Below, in pieces: positions 17,641-25,524 of a stretch of 37,817 nt of DNA (positions within the stretch are counted from its first letter, which is position 1; every line of letters begins with the position of its first letter). The stretch spans positions 1 to 37,817 of the forward strand of contig DASSQB010000672.1 of the NCBI GenBank assembly GCA_035702725.1, written 5' to 3'. The notes under the pieces are model-generated. The model saw only the letters and a program-made list of their open reading frames with translations, was not told the DNA's origin and did not search any database. This DNA is from Terriglobales bacterium (lineage in GTDB: Bacteria > Acidobacteriota > Terriglobia > Terriglobales > Acidobacteriaceae). Position numbers and translations under genes: made by a program.

Positions 17641-17807
17641 CTACCGCCGAGACGCAGAGAACGCCGAGGAATTACTGGAAAAATCATAGAGTCTATTCGT
17701 CCGCGATGGCACTCCTGGAAATCTGGGAATTTGCTTCGAATTTCTCCGCGTACTCGGCGTCTCGGCGGTAGATTTTGGTTTGCGTGCTCAGCGGTAGATT
17801 TGGTTTT
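17641..17807. repeat. REP/MITE-like inverted repeat pair with a 72-nt AT-richer insert, plus an adjacent 17-nt direct repeat
   Basis: Left arm 17641-17670 is ctaccgccgagacgcagagaacgccgagga. Right arm 17743-17771 has reverse complement ctaccgccgagacgccgagtacgcggaga; the first 15 nt are perfect. Direct repeat gcggtagatt(t)tggttt at 17765-17781 and 17791-17807. Confidence 0.8.
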
Positions 17808-17882
17808 GCCGGATTCGTCCCGGCTTTTCCACAAAATTCCTGGCCCTGTAGCCCTTTACTCCGGAGGAACCCGACTTTGTAA

Positions 17883-17911
17883 TTGACAGCACAACTTTTC
17901 CACCGCACCAT
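17883..17911 (+). promoter_or_regulatory. Candidate sigma70-type promoter for the mini-ORF unit
   Basis: TTGACA at 17883-17888, a 17-nt spacer, then CACCAT at 17906-17911. The -10 is weak (3/6, with A2 and T6 kept). Confidence 0.3.
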
Positions 17912-17996
17912 CACACCAGAAGTGCTGCTCGCAGCGAGAGCAGCCGGGGCCCTTTCGTACCCTGCAAGGGAAATCGTTCACGGAGGGAAAACTTCG

Positions 17997-18038
17997 ATGC
18001 CGATGAAGAAGAAGGCAAAGAAAAAGAAGAAGCACTAG
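17997..18038 (+). CDS. 13-codon poly-lysine mini-ORF (MPMKKKAKKKKKH)
   Basis: GGAGGG at 17982-17987 lies 9 nt upstream of ATG 17997; TAG at 18036-18038. Followed by hairpins and a strong intrinsic terminator. Too short to assess by codon statistics. Confidence 0.3.
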   Translation: MPMKKKAKKKKKH

Positions 18039-18077
18039 GCGAGGCTGCGCCTCGTAGTGGGCCCTGAAGGGTTTTTC

Positions 18078-18104
18078 GGTCTCCGCCTTCGCGGGGACCT
18101 TTTT
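18078..18104 (+). terminator. Rho-independent terminator
   Basis: ggtctccgc-cttc-gcggggacc forms a 9-bp stem (one G-U) with a 4-nt loop, followed directly by TTTTT. Confidence 0.65.
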
Positions 18105-18282
18105 ACTTCAAACCGGCAGTTGTGAGGTGTTGGTGTTTTCCTACGTCACCGGCCAGGACTCCGCCGCTCACTTTCCAAAATCCCAAATCCTTACGAAAGT
18201 TGTTGTTCTCGGCCCTGCATCATGCTAGAAACACGCCAGCAAGCTCGTGCGCGCCGTACTTTCTCCCAGGGAAGGAAGAAGG

Positions 18283-18687
18283 ATGAGCCTGACCAAAAAG
18301 AAAGCCGAAAAAGCCAAGTCCATTGAACCCATCATTCCCGACAAGCTCTACTTCCGCATCGGCGAGGTCGCGGAGCTGTGCGAACTGCCCACGTACGTGC
18401 TGCGCTTCTGGGAAACGGAGTTTCCCCAGTTGCGGCCCACCAAGAGCAGCACCGGCCAGCGCATGTACCGTCGGCGGGACGTGGACAACGTTCTGCATAT
18501 CCGCAAGTTGCTTTACGAAGACGGATTCACTATTGCCGGCGCGCGCCAGTACCTGCGCGAAGCGGCTCGCGGCACTACTGCCAACCAGACTGCCTTGCCC
18601 TTTCCCACCCGTCACACGGCCGAAATCAAGCGGGTGCGGCAGGGCTTGCGCGAGGTTCTGGGGATGCTCTCAGCGCGTCCGCATTAG
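18283..18687 (+). CDS. MerR-family transcriptional regulator (no metal-binding Cys motif)
   Basis: ATG 18283 preceded by GGAAGGAAGAAGG. HTH sequence YFRIGEVAELCELPTYVLRFWETEFPQL, then RMYRRRDVDNVLHIRKLLYEDGFTIAGA. Confidence 0.85.
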   Translation: MSLTKKKAEKAKSIEPIIPDKLYFRIGEVAELCELPTYVLRFWETEFPQLRPTKSSTGQRMYRRRDVDNVLHIRKLLYEDGFTIAGARQYLREAARGTTANQTALPFPTRHTAEIKRVRQGLREVLGMLSARPH

Positions 18688-18804
18688 CCGACGTAGCATG
18701 GCATCTGGCCCGCTTTGGGCACGGTCGTCTCCGTGCTTGCCTGCCGGCATGCGCTTGGTGGTGGTAACCTTATCGCTGCTACCCGCCAATTGAGAGGTTC
18801 CGCC

Positions 18805-19833
18805 ATGACATTCCGTCGGCTGCCGGCGTGCATCTGTGTGGTCATTCTTTGCGCGCTCAGTGCCGCGCCCCTTCGCGGCCAGCACCACGACATGCAAGGC
18901 ATGCGCATGGCCATGCCGGTGAGCAGCACCGCCACGCTGGCGGTGAAAAATGACGCCGCCGAGCAGGTACTCACCGTCAAACTGGGCCCCTTGAACTTGC
19001 CCGCCAACACCAGCCACATGCGCACGGCACAGCCGCCGCCCCAGTTTCTGAAAATTCCCTTCGACGGTTGGATCATCGCCTACCATCCCAGCCTGGTGGA
19101 CGCCAAGGCCAACGTGATTCCCGGCCGTCTCCTGCACCACGTTGCCTTCTACAACACCGCGCGCCCCGATTTCGTCTGCCCCAACAAGCAGGAGCATATC
19201 TTCGGCGCGGGCGGCGAAATGAACGACTGGCCGGCCACTCCTGGCTTCGGCTACCGCGTCCGCCCCGGCGACCGCATCCGCATTACCAGCATGTTTCATA
19301 ACCCAACAGCGGTCAGTTATCCCGCCGCCTACCTCGAAGTGCGTATGGACTACCGTAAGACGGGAAGCGCGGGCGCGCCGCTCAAAAGCGTGTATCCGAC
19401 GTGGCTGGACGTGAAGAGCTGCGGTGATTCCAGCTACGACCTGAAGCCGGGCCGCAACGTCACCACCGGCGACGTGTCTTTGAATTATCCGGGAATTCTG
19501 CTCGGGGTGGGCGGCCACATGCACGATTACGGCCGCGAACTGGTGCTCACCAATCTGAGTCGCAAGCAAACCGTGGCCACCCTGGACTCTAAACTCGATG
19601 CCAGCGGCCACATGCTCTCCATGCCCATCGTGCTGTTCATGAAAGAGGGCGGATACAAGGTCGCGAAGGGCGATCGCATGGAGGTCACCGCCACCTATCT
19701 GAACCCCACGGGCCGTCCTCTGCGCGAGGGCGCCATGGGCATCGTGGTCGGCTACTTCCTGCCCGCCGACGAACAGCAGTTCGCGCGGCTTCACCACTCG
19801 GGCATCGACCGGGGACGAGTGAAACCCGAGTAA
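18805..19833 (+). CDS. Secreted copper type II ascorbate-dependent monooxygenase-like protein (PHM/DBH fold)
   Basis: ATG 18805 with GAGAGG upstream and signal peptide MTFRRLPACICVVILCALSAAPLRG. Ligand set: HH (LLHHVAFY, codons 111-112), H165 (SMFHNP), HxH (GGHMHDYG, 238/240), M311 (GAMGIVVGYF). Spacing of 53/73/71 compares with about 64/70/70 in rat PHM. PGFGYRV resembles PHM KGVGFRV. Confidence 0.65.
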   Translation: MTFRRLPACICVVILCALSAAPLRGQHHDMQGMRMAMPVSSTATLAVKNDAAEQVLTVKLGPLNLPANTSHMRTAQPPPQFLKIPFDGWIIAYHPSLVDAKANVIPGRLLHHVAFYNTARPDFVCPNKQEHIFGAGGEMNDWPATPGFGYRVRPGDRIRITSMFHNPTAVSYPAAYLEVRMDYRKTGSAGAPLKSVYPTWLDVKSCGDSSYDLKPGRNVTTGDVSLNYPGILLGVGGHMHDYGRELVLTNLSRKQTVATLDSKLDASGHMLSMPIVLFMKEGGYKVAKGDRMEVTATYLNPTGRPLREGAMGIVVGYFLPADEQQFARLHHSGIDRGRVKPE

Positions 19834-19884
19834 GCACCCCAGCTCAGGGGCTGAGTGCTGAAGGCTGACGGCTGAGTGCTGTTT

Positions 19885-20163
19885 CTACGCCGCGTGCTTC
19901 TCCACCAGAAACGCCATAGCCGTGCGCAGCGCTTCTTCCCCGTTGAGCGCGATGGGAAAAGACTGGTCCGGCATCTTGCGCCACACCCCGTTTTCCTGCA
20001 AGTAGGTGGAAACGTAATAGGGAATATCGAGGTTGGAATAGGAATGCCAGAGTTCCAGCTTGTAGGAAGTGCCGGAAATAACCACTAAGCCGGTTTTCAC
20101 CAGTTCCCAGGATTCAGTGATCCCGGCAAAGCATCGAAAATCCTCCAGCGCATTTTGGGCCAT
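19885..20163 (-). CDS. Hypothetical small protein (92 aa)
   Basis: ATG 20163 preceded by GGAGGG at 9 nt. GC content looks lower than in the neighbouring genes. No motif recognised. Confidence 0.5.
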   Translation of the reverse strand: MAQNALEDFRCFAGITESWELVKTGLVVISGTSYKLELWHSYSNLDIPYYVSTYLQENGVWRKMPDQSFPIALNGEEALRTAMAFLVEKHAA

Positions 20164-20322
20164 GCTGGCTATCCCTCCGTCCTGTAATCAGATGCCGGCC
20201 CCGGCCGGCGGAAGCACGAAAAAGGCCATTTTAAGGCCACTAACGGGTAGCTTTTCTATGGCCGAGCGTCCAGCGACCATTGGCTTACACCTGCCGTTCC
20301 GGAATCATCTAAACTTGACCAG

Positions 20323-21306
20323 ATGCGGACCGTGTTCAAACTGCTGGGAATTGCGGTACTTGCGACCGCCGCCTGGCTGGCCTGGGCGTTGTGGCTGCCG
20401 GTGCGGCCAACCGCGCAGACTACCGTGCTGCTGCATCCTGGCTATAGCACCCATCGTATTGCCCACGAGCTTAAATCTGCGGGAGTAATTCGCAGTTCCA
20501 CCGCCTTCCTGCTGTGGCATTTTGTGGCTCATCCCCGCACCCTGAAGGCTGGCGAATACCTGTTCGAGCAGCCCGCCAATGCCATCCAGGTACACCGCCG
20601 CCTGGCCCGCGGCGATGTTTACGTGCACACGGTTGTGATCCCGGAAGGCTTCAACATCTTTGAAATTGCCCAGGCGATGCAAGCCGCAGGACTGGGCTCG
20701 GAAAAGGAATTCCTGCAGGCTGCCCGCGCCGATACTGTACTCATCCATGACCTGGACCCGCAGGCTACTTCGCTCGAAGGCTACCTTTTCCCGGACACTT
20801 ACCAGTTCACCCGCACCCAGACTCCAACCGACATGCTGGCCGTGATGGTGCATCGTTTTCGGGCCAAAGCGCATTCGCTGGGATTGACCGGCAACCTGCA
20901 CCAGGTGGTCACCATGGCTTCGATTGTGGAGAAAGAAACCGCGGTCTCTGAGGAACGTCCACTGGTAGCCAGCGTTTACTACAACCGGCTGAGCCAGCGC
21001 GTGGCCCTGGACGCCGACCCCAGCGTGATCTATGCCGAACTGCTGGCCAGCTCCTACACGGGCGCTCTGCACCACGACGATATGCAGTTTGATTCGCCCT
21101 ACAACACTTACCGCCACATCGGCTTACCCCCGGGGCCCATTGCTAACCCGGGAGTAGCCTCGCTGCAGGCCGCCATGCATCCTGCCAGCAGCGATTACCT
21201 TTACTTCGTCAGCGCCGGCGATGGCCACCACCGCTTTGCCGCCACCCTGGAAGAGCACAATCACAACGTCGCTCTATACCGTAAAGCAGTTAACGTCATG
21301 AGATAA
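20323..21306 (+). CDS. mltG: Endolytic murein transglycosylase MltG (YceG family)
   Basis: N-terminal TM helix LLGIAVLATAAWLAWALWL. YceG motifs: ASIVEKE, LDADPSVIY, SPYNTYRHIGLPPGPIANPG. Confidence 0.9.
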   Translation: MRTVFKLLGIAVLATAAWLAWALWLPVRPTAQTTVLLHPGYSTHRIAHELKSAGVIRSSTAFLLWHFVAHPRTLKAGEYLFEQPANAIQVHRRLARGDVYVHTVVIPEGFNIFEIAQAMQAAGLGSEKEFLQAARADTVLIHDLDPQATSLEGYLFPDTYQFTRTQTPTDMLAVMVHRFRAKAHSLGLTGNLHQVVTMASIVEKETAVSEERPLVASVYYNRLSQRVALDADPSVIYAELLASSYTGALHHDDMQFDSPYNTYRHIGLPPGPIANPGVASLQAAMHPASSDYLYFVSAGDGHHRFAATLEEHNHNVALYRKAVNVMR

Positions 21307-21429
21307 GCGGCGCGCATCACCGCGTTTCTCCTCGCATCTAAAGAGCTTTGTCGCGCTACAGCCCGCCGTACAGGGCCAGTGGCCCGTTATATACTTTTGG
21401 GGAGCTCTAATATTCATAGTAACCGCTGC

Positions 21430-22338
21430 ATGGCTCTTCCACTGCGCCACCGCTTTCTCCTGCTGCTACTTGCGGTTGTCACGTTGAGCGGCTGCCTGTT
21501 CCGCTCACGCAAGGTGGAGAACCGGATCAGCACTGCCAAACTGGTCACCGCCAGCCGTGACCAACTGGTGCAGGACATCAATGCCGGCGCCAACCGGATT
21601 CACACCCTTAATGCCACCGTGGACATTGACACCTCGGTGGGCGGCGAAGTGAAGGGTAAGATAACGGAATACAAACAGATTCGCGGCTACGTGCTGGTCC
21701 GCAAGCCGGAGATGCTGCGCATGATCGGCCTTATGCCCATCGTGCGCAACCGCGCTTTCGACATGGTGAGCAACGGCGATAGTTTCAAGCTCTGGATTCC
21801 GGTCAAGAACAAGTTTTTTATCGGCCGCAATACTGTGGTCCTGCCCTCCAGCCAACCCTTGGAGAACATACGGCCGCAGCAGATTTACGATTCCCTCCTG
21901 TTGCGACAGATCAGTTCCGAAGAGATCGCCGTGCTGGAAAACGGCTACGAGGAGGTGCAGGACCCCAATGATCACAAATGGTTGCAGCAGCCCGATTACG
22001 AGCTTGATGTCATCAGCAAGAACGGGCATGGCTGGTACCTGCAGCGCAAAATCATTTTCAACCGTATCAACCTGCAGCCCGACCGCCAGCTGATGTACGA
22101 CCAGAACGGCTACGTGGCGACCGACACCCGCTACAGCGATTTTCGCGATTTCAGCGGCTTTAAGCTCCCCTCCGTCATCCAGATATGGCGTCCGCAGGAG
22201 GAATATTCCATCGTGCTCACCATGGTGAAGCTGCAGATCAACGAACCCCTCACCGACGAGCAGTTCGCCCTGCAACAGCCCCCGGGTTCACAGGTGGTGA
22301 ACTTGGACCAGCCGCGCCCGCCCAAGCCAGGCAGCTAA
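21430..22338 (+). CDS. Lipoprotein, LolA/LolB-like (DUF4292-type) fold suspected
   Basis: ATG 21430. Lipobox LLLLLAVVTLSGC. The beta-rich body has the layout seen in outer-membrane lipoprotein-sorting-like proteins. The functional call is weak. Confidence 0.5.
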   Translation: MALPLRHRFLLLLLAVVTLSGCLFRSRKVENRISTAKLVTASRDQLVQDINAGANRIHTLNATVDIDTSVGGEVKGKITEYKQIRGYVLVRKPEMLRMIGLMPIVRNRAFDMVSNGDSFKLWIPVKNKFFIGRNTVVLPSSQPLENIRPQQIYDSLLLRQISSEEIAVLENGYEEVQDPNDHKWLQQPDYELDVISKNGHGWYLQRKIIFNRINLQPDRQLMYDQNGYVATDTRYSDFRDFSGFKLPSVIQIWRPQEEYSIVLTMVKLQINEPLTDEQFALQQPPGSQVVNLDQPRPPKPGS

Positions 22339-22501
22339 GTGGGACTTCCAGGCAGTGCAGGAGGTGTTCCGCGGGAGAACAAGGACCATGGGAAGGTAAC
22401 CACGGTACCTTTGTTCGATTGACCCGCCGAAAAAAGCCGTAGTACGATTCCAGCAGTTCCGGAACCAAAGCCAGGCGAAAGGTCCTAAGTCCTAGAGGCA
22501 C

Positions 22502-24406
22502 ATGAGGATTCGACAGTTCTATTGGGTTGCACCGCTGCTCAGCGCCCTGGTTCTGGGGAACACATCCTGCCAAACGGCAGCCAAGAGACCGGTAGTGGCG
22601 ATAGCGCCGCCGGTGCCTGCCGCTCCTCCCATTCAGTCCAAGCCCGCTGCCATACCAGATCCCGACCCCAAGCCGCAGGAGGCGCCCCCTCCGGTGGCCA
22701 AAGCTGACCCGATTGACACCCTGGTGGCACAGGCGGAAGAGGAATACCAGGCTGGGCAAGCGAATTACGCGGCAGGACACATGGAGGCGGCCAAAGCCAA
22801 TTTCGATCACGCCTTCGATATCCTCACCCAGGCTCCAGGCGGGGCCAGTTCCGACGAGCGTTTGCAGAAGGAATTCGACAAGATTGTAGACGGCGTGAAC
22901 AGCCTGGAACTGGTAGCGCTGCGCCAGGGCGATGGCTTTACCGAGCAGAAGTCCGAGCCCGCTCCGATTGACGAAACCAACCAGATCACCTTCCCGGTGG
23001 ACCCCAACCTTAAGGCCAAAGCGGCGGAGGAAATCCGCCAGATTCACTCCGACCTGCCGCTGACCATGAACGATGCCGTGGCCGGGTACATCAACTACTT
23101 CTCCACCCGCGGCCGGGGCGTGCTGGAGCGGGCGCTGACCCGCGCTGGGCTGTACAGCGACATGATCCGCCGGGTGCTGAAGGAAGAAGGTGTGCCCCAG
23201 GATCTGATTTACCTGGCGGAAGCGGAATCGGGCTTCCACCCCGTGGCTTTGTCGCATGTGGGCGCCCGCGGATTGTGGCAGTTCATGTCCAGCCGCGCAC
23301 GAGGTTACGGCCTGGAGCGCAACTGGTGGGTGGATGACCGGCAGGATCCGGAAAAATCCACCCGCGCCGCCGCTCGCCACCTGAGAGACCTCTACAAAGA
23401 ATTTGGCGACTGGTACCTGGCCATGGCCGCCTATAACTCCGGGCCGCTCACGGTGATGCAGGCAGTGCAGCGCACCGGCTATGCCGATTTTTGGGAACTA
23501 TACCGGCGTAACGTGCTGCCGGCGGAAACCCGCAACTACGTGCCCATCATCATCGCTGTGGCCATTATGGCCAAGAACCCGGCGCAGTATGGGCTGGATC
23601 AGATCGTTCCCGACAAGCCCATCCCTGCGGACACGGTCACTATTGATTACCCGGTAGACCTGCGTTTGGTGGCAGAGTGCGTAGACACCTCGGTAAGTAC
23701 GCTGCAGGAACTGAATCCCAGCCTGCTGCGAATGACAACGCCGCGCGAAGGCAGCTTTGACCTACACCTGCCGGCGGGCACTACAGAAAAATTCCAGGCG
23801 GCGATTTCGGAAATTCCCCGTGACAAGCGGGTGTGGTGGCGTTACCACACCGTGACCGAAGGTGAAACGCTGGCCACCGTGGCCCGCAGCTATCACACAA
23901 CTTCGCGGGCCATCGCGGAGGCCAACAGCCTGGACGGTAAAGAACTGGCATCGGGCACGAAGCTGATTATTCCCGTGGCCGCCGGGCGTGACGTGGAAGC
24001 CATTGCGTACTCCCGCCGCCTGACGCGCTATCGCGTGCGCCGGGGCGATACCTTAACCTCGGTGGCGGAAGATTTTGGCGTCCCGGTAGTGCGCCTGAAA
24101 CGCTGGAATCCCAGGGTGGGGAAAAAGTTGCGCCCCGGAACCGTGCTCTACCTGCACCGCCCCCTGTCTCCCGGAGAACGCGAGGTCGTTTCTACCCACG
24201 GGCGCACTAAGTACAAGCGCAACAGCAAGTTACGCGCATCCACCCCAGGGAACAAGAAAATCCTGCACAAGGTGCGCCGGGGCGAAACCCTCTACAGCAT
24301 CGCCAGCCAATACAACACCACGGTGGCGGCGCTGCGGCGCACGAACGGCAAGGTAGCCGCTAACCTGAGGGCCGGCGCTGTGCTGGTAATCCAGGAAAAT
24401 CCCTGA
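22502..24406 (+). CDS. Membrane-bound lytic murein transglycosylase (SLT domain) with three LysM repeats, MltD-like
   Basis: Lipoprotein-like N-terminus (LVLGNTSC). SLT motifs: LAEAESGFHP, GLWQFM, MAAYNSGP. LysM repeats begin at YHTVTEGETLATVARSY, YRVRRGDTLTSVAEDFG and HKVRRGETLYSIASQYN. Confidence 0.88.
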   Translation: MRIRQFYWVAPLLSALVLGNTSCQTAAKRPVVAIAPPVPAAPPIQSKPAAIPDPDPKPQEAPPPVAKADPIDTLVAQAEEEYQAGQANYAAGHMEAAKANFDHAFDILTQAPGGASSDERLQKEFDKIVDGVNSLELVALRQGDGFTEQKSEPAPIDETNQITFPVDPNLKAKAAEEIRQIHSDLPLTMNDAVAGYINYFSTRGRGVLERALTRAGLYSDMIRRVLKEEGVPQDLIYLAEAESGFHPVALSHVGARGLWQFMSSRARGYGLERNWWVDDRQDPEKSTRAAARHLRDLYKEFGDWYLAMAAYNSGPLTVMQAVQRTGYADFWELYRRNVLPAETRNYVPIIIAVAIMAKNPAQYGLDQIVPDKPIPADTVTIDYPVDLRLVAECVDTSVSTLQELNPSLLRMTTPREGSFDLHLPAGTTEKFQAAISEIPRDKRVWWRYHTVTEGETLATVARSYHTTSRAIAEANSLDGKELASGTKLIIPVAAGRDVEAIAYSRRLTRYRVRRGDTLTSVAEDFGVPVVRLKRWNPRVGKKLRPGTVLYLHRPLSPGEREVVSTHGRTKYKRNSKLRASTPGNKKILHKVRRGETLYSIASQYNTTVAALRRTNGKVAANLRAGAVLVIQENP

Positions 24407-24495
24407 CGAAGTTTCCGCCTCTCACCACCGACGCAATCTCTTCGTAAGGTGTAATATGCGGGTGCAGCGCATCAGGGTGTGTTGCGGAATCGCTA

Positions 24496-24504
24496 TGCTA
24501 TAAT
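24496..24504 (+). promoter_or_regulatory. Candidate extended -10 promoter (TGcTATAAT)
   Basis: A perfect TATAAT at 24499-24504 has TG at -15/-14 and lies 133 nt upstream of ATG 24637. No good -35 element. Confidence 0.3.
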
Positions 24505-24636
24505 CGCGCGCCGTTCGCGAAGATGTTTTTCGCGCGATGCAGTGGCGATGTAGAGCGGCAGTCTTGTTTAATTTTCTAATGGGCAGGAGTTGTCGTGCGG
24601 TGCCGGCAACTTTGGTAGCGGAGATCAGGAGGAGCC

Positions 24637-25050
24637 ATGCGATTTTTGGATGATGAGAAGCTGTACGGGCGAGACGATGATATGGACGAATTCGGCGACA
24701 CCGGTTCCTATGGCGAATCGCTGGAAGAAGATTACGAGGAAGAGGAAGAAGAGGAAGAGGAGCCGGTGAGCAGCTCGGGCGAAGCGCCGGCAATGCCGGC
24801 GATGACGCCGGAACCGGAGTCAACAACGGTAGGAGGCGGCGGAGGCGGAGGCGCGAAGCGGGCTCCGGCCAAAAAGAAAGCGCCGGCTCGGAAGGTAGCG
24901 AAGCGCCCAGCAGCCCGGGCAAAAAAGGCGGGAGCCAAAAAGCGCGGCGCCAAGAAGAAGGCAGCCAAGCGGGGGGGCAGCCGCAGCCGGGGCAAATCTT
25001 CGGCGCGCAAAGGCAAAGCGAAGCGCAAGAGCTCGCGCAAGCGCCGCTAA
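24637..25050 (+). CDS. Bipolar low-complexity protein: acidic N-terminal half, histone H1-like Lys/Ala/Arg-rich C-terminal half
   Basis: AGGAGGAGCC precedes the ATG. The sequence runs N-terminal EEDYEEEEEEEEEP, a G7 linker, then AKRAPAKKKAPARKVAKRPAARAKKAGAKKRGAKKKAAKRGG... A strong terminator follows. Confidence 0.65.
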   Translation: MRFLDDEKLYGRDDDMDEFGDTGSYGESLEEDYEEEEEEEEEPVSSSGEAPAMPAMTPEPESTTVGGGGGGGAKRAPAKKKAPARKVAKRPAARAKKAGAKKRGAKKKAAKRGGSRSRGKSSARKGKAKRKSSRKRR

Positions 25051-25072
25051 TCTGCTCACAACGTTTGCCTGA

Positions 25073-25101
25073 GCCGCGGGAATTTCCCGCGGCTTTTGTT
25101 T
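25073..25101 (+). terminator. Rho-independent terminator
   Basis: gccgcggg(a)-att-(t)cccgcggc forms an 8-9 bp GC stem, followed by TTTTGTTT. Confidence 0.75.
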
Positions 25102-25111
25102 GCAAACCAAA

Positions 25112-25188
25112 ACCGCGGAGGACGCCGAGTACGCAGAGATTAACAAAAGGAATTACGGGGTCTCTGCATCCTTCGCGTCCTCTGCGGT
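25112..25188. repeat. REP-like hairpin of the same family as 17641-17771
   Basis: Arms accgcggaggacgccgagtacgcagaga (25112-25139) and tctctgcatccttcgcgtcctctgcggt (25161-25188) are complementary at 23 of 28 positions, with a 21-nt loop. They share the 14-mer gacgccgagtacgc with the 17743-17771 arm. Confidence 0.8.
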
Positions 25189-25214
25189 ATTAATTGGAAA
25201 GCTGTAGAGGTCCG

Positions 25215-25430
25215 TTACTTTTTGCGCTCCACGGCGGAGAGACAGCGGCCGTAGAGTTCCAGCAGGTGGGTGGCGTAGTCTTCGGGCTTGGAAGCTACGC
25301 TGGCGCCGAAACCGGCGCCTGCCGAACCGGTTTTGCCGTAACCGGTGGTCATGGCGATGAACCGCATCATGTCGAGCGCGATGTCCTCGTTGCGCCGCGT
25401 ACCCACAGGAATATTCACTGCTTCGTTCAT
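25215..25430 (-). CDS. Hypothetical small protein (71 aa)
   Basis: ATG 25430 with GGAGGA 5 nt upstream. The longer ORF reaching 25601 runs through repeat hairpins and is unlikely. Sequence MNEAVNIPVGTRRNEDIALDMMRFIAMTTGYGKTGSAGAGFG... Confidence 0.55.
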   Translation of the reverse strand: MNEAVNIPVGTRRNEDIALDMMRFIAMTTGYGKTGSAGAGFGASVASKPEDYATHLLELYGRCLSAVERKK

Positions 25431-25524
25431 GAATTCCTCCCCATAAGAATCTGGCTCTGAATCGGGCTCAGCATTGGGCCGCCTCACGCCAAAATTCGAT
25501 ATTACCAGAGCAAATGGGGCTCGC

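Noticed and set aside
18670-19797. 375-aa minus-strand ORF opposite the PHM-like gene
   Set aside because: The plus-strand product has a signal peptide and six correctly spaced copper ligands. The minus-strand product has no features.
22250-23380. 376-aa minus-strand ORF opposite the LysM transglycosylase
   Set aside because: It is a shadow ORF; the plus strand carries the SLT and LysM motifs.
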